A stretch of 64,000 nt of DNA from Bugula neritina (taxonomy: Eukaryota > Animalia > Bryozoa), in NCBI GenBank assembly GCA_964035545.1, contig OZ037771.1:12272933-12336932 (forward strand), written 5' to 3'. Shown in pieces: positions 28,424-41,694 of the stretch (position 1 is the first letter of the stretch; every line of letters begins with the position of its first letter). The notes beneath the pieces were generated by a model. The model ran no database searches. It had not been told where the DNA came from and saw nothing but the letters and a program-made list of their open reading frames with translations. A program made the translations under genes and the position numbers.

Positions 28424-29489
28424 ATACAACTATATTAGTGCAGTTGGTTCTATTATTAGATTAGCATATCGATTATGACTTTTCGATTGCCACCCTGATA
28501 CTATGAGTAAAATGTACAAGCATACGTGAAAGTATAGATATGATCATAAGTATAAAAATAGGTATAAGTATAAATATAAATATAGGTACAAGTATAAAAC
28601 GAATGATTATATTATTAATAATATTAGTCAGTGATACCTATAACCGTAATGGTTTTTAGACTTACAGTTATCATTAACATTAGCTGAGTAATATGATTAG
28701 TTAAAATAATGGTATTCATTATTATATCATAGTTATAAGTTATAACTCTAGTCTCTAAAGAGCAACAGCAAGTGTAATTGGGATATTCATATTAAATTTC
28801 ATATTCACATAGTGAAATGTTTATGTTATGAACTAATTTATTCCTTCAACATTTAACTATAAATATGATTAACACTAACTTTGACCAGCAGTATTACTAA
28901 AAGAAGCGTATTACAAATATAAGATAATAAAATTCTAGTAGTAGGACTAATAGTATTACTAGGTCCAGTATTATTCTTGTTATCTTATTCATCATTCATG
29001 AGTTATCAAATTTAAAATTACTACTTATTAGCATCAGCATATAAAAAGTAAGATCATTAGGAATAATTATCATGAGGTATGATCTATGATTTGCATTATC
29101 CATATATAGTTTAATATCAATATGATATATTATTATTGCTGATAGTCTATGTTATAGTTAAATTTATACTTATCTTTACAGTTAGCTATAGTAGCACTTA
29201 TTAGTTATTTGTGGTAGCCAAACTAATGTTTAATATTAATAAATTAAACTGAGTATCATAAAAGTGTTACTAAGAATTTTAATTATAATCGTAATGGTGA
29301 TCATATTACTTTATTATAATTATTATATTTTATCATTAATGCTAAACTGAGTTAATGTATATACTTTGAGTTTTACTATTACTCATTATATTTACACTTA
29401 TAGTAAAACTAAATATGTAAAAGTTATACTTATACTATTATTATTCGTATTTCATTAGACTTACATCTAAGATCGCAGTCCTATTACTG

Positions 29490-29625
29490 CTACCACTGAT
29501 ACTAGTACTACAACTAGTACTAGTACTGCTACTAGTACTAGTACTACTACTACTACTACTAATAGTACTGTTACTACTACTACTACTAGTACTACTACTA
29601 GGTCTACTACTGTACCAGTACAACT
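29490..29625. repeat. (ACT)n/(AGT)n microsatellite within a ~5-kb cryptically simple AT-rich tract (~28430-33300)
   Basis: actactactact/actagt runs; accounts for the Ser-rich ORF 29441-29623. Confidence 0.85.
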
Positions 29626-32600
29626 ACAAACTTTGAAAATAACTGCAAGAAAGGTATGACTTACTCTTTTTCTTAGTCTTACTGTGACTCTCAGTCGTAA
29701 TGTGAAATAAAATTGTGAACTGTAAAGTTAAACCCAAGGCTGAAATTTATTTAATTAAATTTAGACAATCTGAATCATTGGCTCAATCCTTGAGTTTGAC
29801 TATTACTATTATTATTAGTGTTACTATTGTGATTATCATTGGCATTATGCCATTATCATTATGATTGTAATTGTGGTAATTCTAACATTAATTATAATCA
29901 TAAATTAAAAGGTAATGATTAATGATAATTATTTTCATTTTGTAATCATAATGATAATTATAATGATGTAAATTTTGATGTAAAACCAAAATACTAAAAC
30001 TAAAAGTAAAAGTTATAAAATTAAATGATAAAATATTATAATGATAATTATTATATTTATTATATTATTATTGAATTAGAATATATTATTTCATTAGAAA
30101 ATAGGTTGCAGCTTAGCATGATTAAAATTCAGTAAAAATTAGTTTACCAACAGCAAACATGCATGCGTCTTGTCAACATTCAATTCGTAGTGCCATAGCG
30201 AAGCCAGATTACTGGTAGTACGACTACTAGAACTACTACTACTAGTGATGGATTACAGATCCTTGGCGATTTTAGCTGTCAGTGACCTTCACCTCACATT
30301 CTCGTCATGTGCGCGGCATTAGACTAAGTAGAGGGTATGAAGCACTGAGCTGGAAAAGAAAGAATATATTTTAATTATAGGTAATACTAATAATAATATA
30401 ATTTATGGTAATATATAGGTAATATTATTGAGTTCATTGGTACGGAGTATAGACCTATCACTGATAGTATCAGTATCAACTACCACTTACGTACTACTTC
30501 AACTTATAACTTACCTTCAACTCAAACCCAAACTGAAACTGTTTGGAATCATTTGTCTTTGATCATATTGGCATTGTCATTGTCATTGTAATAACTATTA
30601 ATATTTTTAGTTCAACATCAATGCCGAACATATTGTAATAACTAATAAGATAATCATAAGGTTGATATATTTTGCTAATACTAATACTAATACTAATACT
30701 AATAGTTACAGTAATAGTTATAGTAATTCAGTGTCACTCTCACTCTGGTGGAGTGAGACTCAGACTTAGAGTTAGAGACAGAGTGAGTCCGAGTAAGTCT
30801 GAGTGTTGGTAATAGTAATAGTCATATAAATTTAAATTATATTTACTTATTTCTAGCAATCACAATGGCAATAGTTATAGTAACTTTCACTTACTCTTAA
30901 ATCATTGAACCTGAACTAAAAGTAAAATTAAGCATTATGATTATGATTATCATTATGATTATACCTATGATTTTATTATGTTTAAATTAAAAATCAATAT
31001 CATGATAATATCATAGTGATAGACATATTATTGATAAATGATAATATAAAAGTAATTTGATAAATTATACATTGATTTTGAATTAAGGTGATACTGATAC
31101 TAGACCGGTACTGAAAGTGATAGTAATACTAATAGTAATAGTAATAGTCATATAAATTTAAGTTATATTTACTCATTACCGGCAATCACAATGGCAATAG
31201 TAACTTAAACTGTAACAGTAATGGTATGGGTATGTTTGAAATTGTCACTATCAGTATTGCTATGAATCAAAATATAATGCTATCATACCAATAATTTAAA
31301 ATAATATTACAAAGCTTCAGTAGCAACTTTTACTTGTACCAGTTTGGAATTTTGAATTATACATATTCTTAGTTAAAGTTTTCAAGTTTATTGTCAAAAT
31401 GAACTTGAAATTAAAGACTTAGTAGTACAAATTAAACTAAGACTGACTGTAAGTGACTAAGATTAAAAATAAGTAATTTTAAATATCGATTTAGTATTTT
31501 TCTTACTCTTTGTCTTAAAACTGACTTTTATTTTGCACCTACTCCTGGTCAATGATTCTTTTTTCTATTTATATTACTATTGCTATTAGTATAATTGACT
31601 TAAATTTAATAATAGATATGATTATATCTTTATAAATGTGATATTTGATTTTATGAATAGTAATTCGAAAACTCTTTGGTATTATTTATTTTTGATCATT
31701 GTAGTTATTATCATTATATTTGTATAATAATTATGATTATCAAATTCAATATCGATATTTGTATTATGGTATGGATATCTGCCTCCGTCCCATGTTCTGT
31801 TTTGCAGTGCCTTTTTACATTCACGTCTAGGTTCACATTGCGATGGTCATACTGATAGCACTTGGGGACAGTGATGAGCATAATGATTATCACTAATATT
31901 AAGATTATCGTTATTAGGATTCAGAATAATTTAATAAACAAGCAACTTAAAACAAATGTTTTTACTAATATACATATTAATTACTAATATAAATATACTA
32001 CTATGAATATTATAATTATTATACTTTACAATTCAAAGTAAGATAATCATAATACGAACTGGTAAAACTAAATATAAAGTAAATGTAATAATACTAATAG
32101 TAGTTATCCATTCCCCTTTGGTTTCACATACTAATAATTGGAAACCTCTGTCCTAATATTATTTCTATTAATATTGCTCAAAGTTTGATCCCTATTTAAT
32201 TTTATAGTTCACTCACCAGCTACAAAATTTTATTAAAATACATGTGGTATTGGTTATAGTACTAGTGAAACTTGAAGTTGAATAGCATGCTTATTACTCA
32301 CTGCTCTTTGCTTACATTATTAGGGTTACTCTTTAGTCTTAGAGATACCCTAACATAAACTTGAAAGCTGGAGGTAGTACTAGTCTAGTGCTGTGTTAAT
32401 CCTACACTGTTGACTTATCAACACTGTGACTATAATTATGACTCCTAAGTCAAAGTCATTTTCATATAGTAGTAATCACTATGACAGACTGAAAGTCAGG
32501 AAGACTAAATATAATGGTAAAGTGTGTAAGAATAAATCATACTTAATCAATTACTTTTAGTTTTGTTACCAGTGTTGGGTCAACTTTCAGAATAAAGAAT

Positions 32601-34179
32601 AAATATATTTATAAAGATCAATGGATAAAAATTCCAATCATGGTTTAATGTGCCTATTTTAAGCTGTTAATTTAATTACTATAATATAAGTGCTCAAAAT
32701 ACAACTTTTGATTTTCATAATTATGTTTTAATTTAATACAGATACCATAGTATCATATACAGTAGAATCAGTTGTATCTTATTTAATAATGAAGTAACTT
32801 ATTGGAGCTTTCACAGTTATTAATTATTTACTTGTTAGTCTTTGAACTGGGACAACGTTTGAAACTTGAAGTAGAATGAAGTTTGATTTCAGTTACCGCA
32901 ATGGTATCTGCAGTCACAATAGGAATACGCATATAACTATGTTTATATTTGTGAAAAATATATAGTCAAAACTAGATAAGGTAATAGTAATTATAATTGG
33001 TTTCACTTTTAATATATTCCTATAAACTGGAAAATAGACAGAAGCATTTAATCATGAAAGTAAACCTAGTGGAAGTAAATCAATTCACTAAGTATAGTAA
33101 AATATTTACTATTCAGTAAGTTTATTTACTTTAGTTAATTGTACTTGATTATTTCTGTCGGTTTTTCAGTTGATTTTTCTACCTTTTGCTATAGCATATC
33201 AAACTACCACAAAGTCATGCTTCCGTATTACAATTATAAACATAGTGTTACTGTGTAATGTTATAGTAAAGTAATAGTAATATTTGGATCATTGTAAGTA
33301 TTTCTGTTGTTGTACTGATTGATAAATATTTTTTAGCTTGCATGGATATTTGCAACGATCAAGATGTCATTTGAACCTGGACTGGAATAAAGATGGCAAA
33401 TCGAGAAGCTAGCTACAATTATTCTGCAGAAAGAAACTTGGTAAGCAAAAATAAGCTGCAGCATTAAGCAGTAAGCAATATGACGATAAACTTTGCTTGA
33501 TTTTGATTGACCTTAAAATATCTGGTCACTTTTCACCAACGTGGTCCTGCGCGGGTGGCGGGTGACCTTAAAATGTCTGTTGCACGTAAAATAAATTTTG
33601 TGACAGTCAAAAGTATGCTGATCTTTTTCGTATTTCAGTGCATCGGTGTCTTAGCTTAAGAGCTGAACCCAACAATTATGATCTAAAGCTGTTTTTTACT
33701 AGAAAGTGATTTTACTGTCTTTCTGATTATTCTTGGTTTTTCAGCTTGATGAATTGAATAAATGGATTTGATTTCGGGTATTATGTAATGGATGAAAGAA
33801 ATTTTTCCTAAATTTGTACTGAGCAATTTTTGCTATTGCTATGATGTTTAGTGATAAAATTGCACCCTTAATAACCCTGAAAACTTTCATTACTAGCATT
33901 TGTTTATGTTCATTTTTAGGAAATTAAAATGAAGACACAACTCACCGATGCTATCTCACTGTGCCTGCATGCAGTTTATCTAAAAAGGTACTCCTATTAG
34001 CTGGCTCTTGCCCAATACCTGGTTGTCTCTGTAACTATTTTTTGCTCGCAGATGAGTTTTTTGAACTTGACATTTTATTGATTTTGAAAGTTATAGTGAG
34101 CTTTGAACTTGCTAGCATCGTTTTTAAAGACTTGCTGCAGTTTTTATCAACATTTTTTAAGTCAATGGTGTTAGTTTGG

Positions 34180-34483
34180 AAGCTCTCTCACTCCTCTCTC
34201 TGTCTCTTTCTCCCACACCTTCCACTCAACCTCTCTCTCTTTCTCCCCCTCTCTCCCACCCTCCCTCTCTCCCACCCTCCCTCTCTCCCACCCTCTGTCT
34301 CTCCCACCTTCTCTCTCTCTCCCACTCTCCGTCTCTCCCACCTTCTCTCTCTCCTAACCTTTCTCTGTTCCCTTTTCCACTATCTCTCTGACTCTCTCCC
34401 TTTCTCTCTTCTACCCCATCTCTCTTCCATCCTCTCTCCTAACCTTTCTCTCCCACCCCCCTCTCCCACTCTCTTTCTCTCTC
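34180..34483. repeat. Polypyrimidine (CT-rich, ctctctcccac-like) low-complexity tract
   Basis: ~300 bp almost purely C/T on the plus strand. Confidence 0.9.
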
Positions 34484-37400
34484 TAGTTTGCATGGCTTTA
34501 CCCAATTTTGGTTTTTTTTTTTATTTTGTTTCAGAGTATCCAAAGGGAAAGCTAAAATTTATTTAATATATATTATACCAACTTGAGCTTTACATATAAT
34601 ATCAAATAAATGCTGTGTTTTGTTAAAACAATGTTTGCAACTTTGTAGTATATTCAAATTCATAATTTATTTGTAGAGTCACACAACAAGACACTACTCT
34701 GACACACTCACAAGTTGCCACTGATCCAGCAGTATAGATGATTGTTTTCTCCACTGGCTATGCTGTCACGCTTTACTGTTGTGGTGTTTGAAACAAACCA
34801 ATTGTTTGCCTACGCAGATTAGGGTGAGAAAAAAAGTGAGAAATGAAAGCTGTTTTTAATACCAACTACACTTAGTTTTTATTGATTGAAAAACAAAGTG
34901 AAATCATTAGTTATCCGTTAAATGACTAAATCACTGTTTATAAAGATGAAACACAAATAATCTTATGTTATGCTAATGAAATTTGGCTTTCAAATAGCTT
35001 TTTTCTGTATATTTGTTGAGGAAGTTTATCTTCAACAAAACTTCGTAGCTGTTGAATATGTGGAGAGTATTTTATATTGCATAAATTTATAGAGTAAAAG
35101 GTTCTCATCAAACTTTTACAACTTAGCTCATCGACGGTTTAAAAGTGTGAGTCACCCTTCACACTAGAGTTTTATAAAGTTTTAATGAATGTGCAGTATT
35201 TTATAAAATATTGTGTGTCTCGTAAATTTAGCTATTTCTACCTTTTCAGTGAGATTGGAGTAAACACACCTCAAAATTCACATCTGGTATCACATTGATT
35301 TATCGCAAGTCAAAGTACACCTACTAACTCTTCCTTCCTTAATACCTGCTTGCTTTTGCACTTCTACTCATTTCATATACCTAACATTTCTCTTGCAGAT
35401 GAATTACATCTTTTAAGTTGTAAAAGCCTTAAATAGCATGAAATTAATGAGGTTTAAACCGTGGCCACACTAACTATTGATGCGTTTATTGATGGGTTAA
35501 ATTACACGAAAATATTGTCTCTTTCTTTTTAGTTTCACCTAAAGTATTACATACTATTGATGGAGGCTTTGCTGAAGTTTTTGGGTGATGATTTGTCAAT
35601 AATTTTCCAGAGAAGATGATGCCACGGTGGCTGGCATCATTATGCAGTTTCCAAATTTCTTTCGGCTTTGCTCTAGTGAAAATGTTGGAAAACAATCAAC
35701 AAAAAGGTTTGTACCATAAACGAAGTTATTGTGTGCGTGTTGTCAAAGCATAAAGTGTGCTGGACATTTTTAGGTTTCTGTTGAGATGCGTTTTTGCTTT
35801 TCCTGCATGAAAAAAGTTCCAGTTTCAGTTAATATCACTAGCGGAGTGCCCACCTATATTTTAAATCATATTGATGCATAAGTTCTTTTTGTAATATTAA
35901 AAGTATAACTTGCTTAATTGCTATTCAATGCCCTTTGAAGTTTCCAACTGTAATTAATTAGTTGATTTGGCAGCATAGTATCGATGATTGATGAAGGCAG
36001 CCGATATAATTATAAGCATAAATATCTATATCTACATGAAGATGTCATTCCCAATGATTGTTATTCTGAAATCAGCTGATTAAGTTATCACAAACTAAAC
36101 ATTTTGACCAGCGGCTTGCAATGCAACTCGGTGAAATTTCAGACCTAGATAAATTGAATTTCTTACTGAAAATCGTGAAGGTATTAAAGTTTAAAGTGAA
36201 AGTTTAAAGGGTCATCTCTCTGCGAATTCTAATAGCATGGTGCCAATTAGACTTGAAAAAATTTCAAGGCACTACAAAGCACTAAGCCCATTCTTACAAG
36301 TAGTTTCAAAGTGCACTGGAATTTCAGTTTACTTGTCATTGTATAGAATCCTGATCTACACTACATAGCATTCACTATTGCCTGCTTCTTCTAAGCATCT
36401 ATAATGTATTAACTACAGTTTGCTTTGAGAAGTGAATTTCTACTTGGTATTTTTTCCTTATCGTTCTGTTGTTTGCCAGTAGTCTTAATTTAATGGATTT
36501 TCCCTTTTCAAAAGTGGTTGTGACAATCAAAACACATCATGCAGCCTGCAACTACACAATCAGTCAGTAATTTCTTCCATTAACGTAGCTCTTCTGGTTA
36601 CTCTTGCTCACCTAAAAGCCTGAGCCTCATTCAAATTGCAATTTTTTAGAGTTGTTAGTTTTTCATGCAGTCTTTCATTTTTTTTTTGTTAGGCACAAAA
36701 TTAGTATTCACTAGACCTAATCTTTCATCTGCATGTATGCCTATTGTTTGTTCATTAAAGAAAAACCTCTGCTGAATATTGAACTAATAATGAAAATAAA
36801 ATCCCTAAACTAAAAGTAGCAGTGTGATTTTGGTATTACAATTAGTTGTTAGCATAGAGTCAAGTTATTGACAGGAATTTTCAAATTGAAATGTATGAAT
36901 TTCATTGTAAGTCAGCAAGATTTAGTCTAAGTAAACATAGCATTACATCGTGTTTTATTTAGCATTTGCAGAAGGCAACATATATTTTAAGGATTATTGT
37001 AAACTTAAATGTAATTTTAAGTACTTTCCATGTTTGTTATTGTAGATGGTCTTGTTCTTTAGGATGGATGTGACAACTCCTTGTGTCAAGCTTAACTGAT
37101 TGACTACTGAATCCCAATCATATGTTTTGCCAAAAAATGTGAAAATGGAGTGCATGTCTACTTTATTTGAGAAAATATTAAAAATACTTTTGAAACTTCA
37201 TCTAGCCAAACAATACAACAGTTTCATTTTATTAAAAAATATCATTTGCACAAAAATGTATTATGTAATCGAACAATTTCTAGAAAAAAAGTGCTTTCCT
37301 CCAGTTTTGCTAATGAACTACATTTTTCATTATATGCTTGTCTTTATAATTTTATTAATTGTTTTTTCTGGTGAGTCAATTCAACCTAGAAAAGTCTGAA

Positions 37401-38066
37401 TTTCAGACTTAATTTCAAGCTAGAATATTCACATTTTTAGGTCTGCGTTTGCAAACATTGTTGTGTTACTTTACTTTTTATATTTTTTGAAATAAATATC
37501 TTTTTAGCTTGTGCCTATTCATGATTAGAATAGTATAATAATATTTAACTTTTCTTCAATTTCAATAGATGAAAATGTTGATCAGTTGGAGTATTCAGTT
37601 TAGCTGAATTTTACTTGCTTCTGCAAAAACAATCTTTTGGAGTTGTCTGCCCTCTCTTTAGGCAATTTTACTGATGCTTTACTTCTGATTACATGATTAC
37701 AAACATAGCAGTTCAAACAAAATTATTTTAGATAGGAATAAATATAATGCTCCTAGCAAATGTTGTAAAACTATTTTCCAAAAACATATACTTTGCAAAA
37801 AAACTTTTCAGAAAGTTATAATGCATTTATCATATTATTGTTTCATTTAAAAGTTATAATGATAGAATATTATACTTAAAACACACTCAAATTTTTAGAT
37901 TCTTGTAATATTGTTAAACAAGAGTTAACAGTAAGATTGGCTGTAGAGTAGAATGTTTAGCTGTTTGTACTGAAGCTAACAAGTAACTGGCATTAAAAAG
38001 AGATGTAGATAAAAAGTGACAGAATAACAACTGGCTTGTATATTGGTAGTGCAAAAAGCTGTATAT

Positions 38067-38230
38067 CACTGCGTTTCCATGACTGCGCATAATGCGAATG
38101 AATGCTTCGTACGGATTATTTGTGGTTTGTGGTTTGCATTAACTTATAGTTGCGGTTTCATTCGATGTAACTGTTTCCATTAGCCGAATGAAAAAATCCA
38201 TTCGCATAATGCGATAATGGAAACGCAGTG
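38067..38230. mobile_element. 164-bp MITE with CACTG-starting TIRs and a 3-bp TSD (CACTA- or Harbinger-like)
   Basis: TIRs cactgcgtttccat / atggaaacgcagtg. The empty site in the left arm (~20707-20720, rc agctgtatataacag) shows that TAT was duplicated. Confidence 0.9.
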
Positions 38231-40235
38231 TATAACAGTTTAAACAAATACCCATTAGAATAAATGGTAACCCAGTACTTAAAATGTGGTATGTCATAAT
38301 ACATATTTGTGGTGTATTGACTAGGCTAGATCAACACATAGCACTATATAATTGCTTTAGTATTTACAATTAGTTTGTGGTCTGGTGGGATTTGTTGATA
38401 GCCATTGTCTTTATTAACATAACAGTTTTATAAAATTAGCAGTTTTCCTTATTCACCTAGTTAATTTTTAAGATTTATGTACAATATTTACATATTAGGA
38501 TATAAAAAATATCTTCAACCAGTGAATATCAAAATAATGATCAAAGACATATTTTATGTCATATTTTTGTGGCAATCTAAATAATAAGCTGGTCTAAATT
38601 GTACTTGTGCAAACAGAACCAGCTCATGAATATATGTTGTCTTTTTTTAACTTGACAGTTAATCTAATATGGATGTGTATTTTATACTTGCTTTTGTGTT
38701 TAAGGTGATAAAATTGCACTGGTAAGGTAAATAAACATTGCTTGTTTGGCATGCTTTTGCGTGGCATTGCATATTATGCTAAACTAATGGCCAGTTTTGC
38801 AGTAGCTTCACCATATAACCTTCAAAAGAATGCAAATATCATCTAATTATTGTAAGCTTTTTAAGTTAATTTGTCTAGCTATAAACACATGTAAAACTAT
38901 TAGGCTATTCCAATTTCACGATATACATAGCTCTATAATTCTGAAAAACTGCTAGGTAGAGTGGAAATTAAACATGATCTATTCATTGCTAAAGTATTAC
39001 AGCTATGAATAATATATATGTGATTACCTGAGTGATATCACAATCTTCACTTGCTAAGTTAGTTTAAATACAGGACAAAAAATTAATCTGGGGAAAGATT
39101 ATATATGAGAAGCTGTTTTTGTAATAATTCCCTGCTCTAGGGTGGTTTAGAAGAATTGTTTTAAAGCAAAACTTTTGCATACATGAGTTGAATAAAATCA
39201 TTGAGAGTTTTATGAAGGTCTATTTGTGTATAGGTAGCCCCATGTCACAACTCAAGTTTTTAGATTTTATGTAATTTGTGGTGCAAAGTTGCAAATAAAA
39301 ACCTTATTTTAATAATACTTAGACATATGCAAGCAATAAAGATAATGAAAAAAATGCTATAGTTGCTAATTAGCTAATATTACTTGCATATGATGCAAAT
39401 ATTTGTATGCATGCATGTTTAGTTTATTAGCATTGGTTAGATATAATTGAATATATAGATTTGATGTGGAAATTGAAGAAAATCAATATGTTGTGTTTTA
39501 TATACAACAACAGTTTTTACATTGGTTTGTTAATTACTTCATAAATCATTTATTACTTCATGCAATATTTGTTCCTGCAACTTTGCAGAGTGGTAAAATG
39601 CATTTCAAAGACATATTATATTAAGTGATTTTAATTATACTAGAATTTTCAAACTAAGAATTTTTGGGGAGTTTTCTTCTTCCTAAGACATATGTGGCAA
39701 TTGAACACATAATAAGTTGTGGGCCACAACTCCTTTATACAACCTTGCAAGAAATTATGCAGCCATTTAAATAGAAAAGGAATTATTGAATTTATTTATT
39801 CAACATTTTCAGTATTTTATAAATATTTGTTGCATTTAATTAATGAGCATAAAATTTGTTTTACAAATACTGTAATTAACAGCATGGTAAAAATATATTA
39901 TATATATACTGGTATATATTTTGTATTGTATTAGATTTAGGCTACATTGCTAATTAAAATGAGTTAATGGCTAAGTTTAAATATCTTCGACTTATAGATT
40001 ACATTTTTATGTGCTATAAAAATTTAACTCGTTTGTTACGACATTTCTCCATGCATAAAAGCAAAACTTACGGCAAGAAATCCTTAGCTAGAAAGATAAA
40101 TAATAATTTACTTTAATTACATCAAAAGCTAATATCAGCAAGCATTCTATAAATAATGGTAATTTACCTAGTGTAATTTTTCTTAAACTAGCTAAGCTTG
40201 CTTGGTACTTTAATAAGTTTATTGGCATAGTGTAT

Positions 40236-40980
40236 TGTAATTAATTGGAATGCCAGTGAAATTTCTTGCTCTCATCAAAACAAACAAAGTTAACCAACGT
40301 GCCCATAATTAGAAAACCATTACATTAGTCATGTATATGTAGCTGTTTTGCTTTTATAGCTATGACAAATTTGCACACGAAAGTCAACAAGATTTCCTCA
40401 TGTGTATGATTTCACTATGACTAAGTTATATAAATAGTTTTTTACACCATCAGCTTCCTGAAATGATTCATCCATTGAAGTATATTTTACTCTCAGCTCT
40501 CATTCTATGCTACACTTTCAGTCAGCTAACATGTAGCATAAACTGCTGAGTAACTTTTCACTTATGTTATATTAAATATTTTGTTGCATTTAAATCAATA
40601 TTGTCAAAGTAGAGAATAAATACCTACTACATTAACATCAAAGTTATAAGCTCCATTCCTGGATGGTCTAACAAGGTAATTATTGCTATTGTAGTATTTT
40701 TGACAATCATTTATGGCATTTGTATTATCCTATTTTTAATATCAATTTTAATAATTTAGATGGTGTATACTGATTTTTATAGCAAGACTTGTTCTTTATT
40801 TGAAGCTTATTAGTTAATGTCAAATTATCACTGATAAAAGTTTTATCACATATTATCATTCATTATAGCATATTCACAATTTCATTAATTGTAGTTTTCA
40901 CGACAGTTTTACCAATAAAACATCAGTAGAGACTGAAGACCACATTGTGCCTGTTTACAAACCAGGGATGATAGTTTACA
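40236..40980 (+). repeat. 5' LTR of the BEL/Pao element
   Basis: TG...CA termini; TATATAAA ~40427; AATAAA 40914-40919; direct repeat of 48111-48855. Confidence 0.97.
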
Positions 40981-40989
40981 GTGAAAACT
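40981..40989 (+). other. Non-canonical primer-binding site (GTGAAAACT)
   Basis: Abuts the 5' LTR, lacks the TGG expected for tRNA-CCA priming, and is the exact reverse complement of LTR 40893-40901 (AGTTTTCAC). Confidence 0.6.
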
Positions 40990-41694
40990 TGTGACTGGAG
41001 TAAACAGCTTACTAATACTACAACCAGTGGCTTGCGCTAACTTGAGACCAGCGAGACAAACAGCAGCTAGAAAAGACAACTACCGATCCAGCCTCAGCAT
41101 TGTTAGATCAGTATAGCATCCATCAACTCTACTGCCAAGTCTCCAGCATTGTCAACAATAGCTACACTGCCAACCACTATAGTAACCAGCACTCACACTC
41201 CTGTCATACATACAAGTTACAGCTAAGTAACCATTACTTCTAAGAATTCATTCACTGCTAATCACACAAATTAGCAGTATCAGACTCATTGGAATTCAGT
41301 AGAACGTTGCTAGCTTTGATCAAACATTACACAGAAACTACTTTTTTATCACACAAGACTTGATTAAAAAATAATTTCTTTTCTGGGTATTGTAATATTG
41401 AAAATATTTGTCTTTTTGTAGTCATAGGGAATCATTTCCTTATACTCATTCTGTAAATCTGTTCTTTATATTATTTATCACTGACACTAGGTATCAAATT
41501 TACTTGTGTAATAGTGAAATCATACATATAGAGGCAGTCTTATACTGCAAGTAGGTGCAGTATTCATTTTTTAAATTCAGCTACATATATTAGACAAATA
41601 CTACTTAGTTTTGCATGCACTATTGCACAATCATACATTAGAAACTTTTTGAGAGCAATTAATTTCATTGGCTGGCACTCAAATTCAGTAGCCT

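Noticed and set aside
28430-33300. Triplet/hexamer-periodic AT-rich tract (also 13600-14660) as hidden coding sequence
   Set aside because: Stops in all frames; explained by slippage-derived cryptic simplicity and small local duplications (e.g. ~30808 vs ~31139).
33961-34566. 201-aa Leu/Ser/Pro-rich ORF
   Set aside because: Open only because of the CT-rich low-complexity tract; no domain motif.
33338-35400. Several AG...GT-bounded plus-strand segments resembling exons (33338-33440, 33921-33988, 34677-34822)
   Set aside because: No consistent ORF or recognisable protein; could be a lncRNA or UTR but cannot be supported without RNA data.
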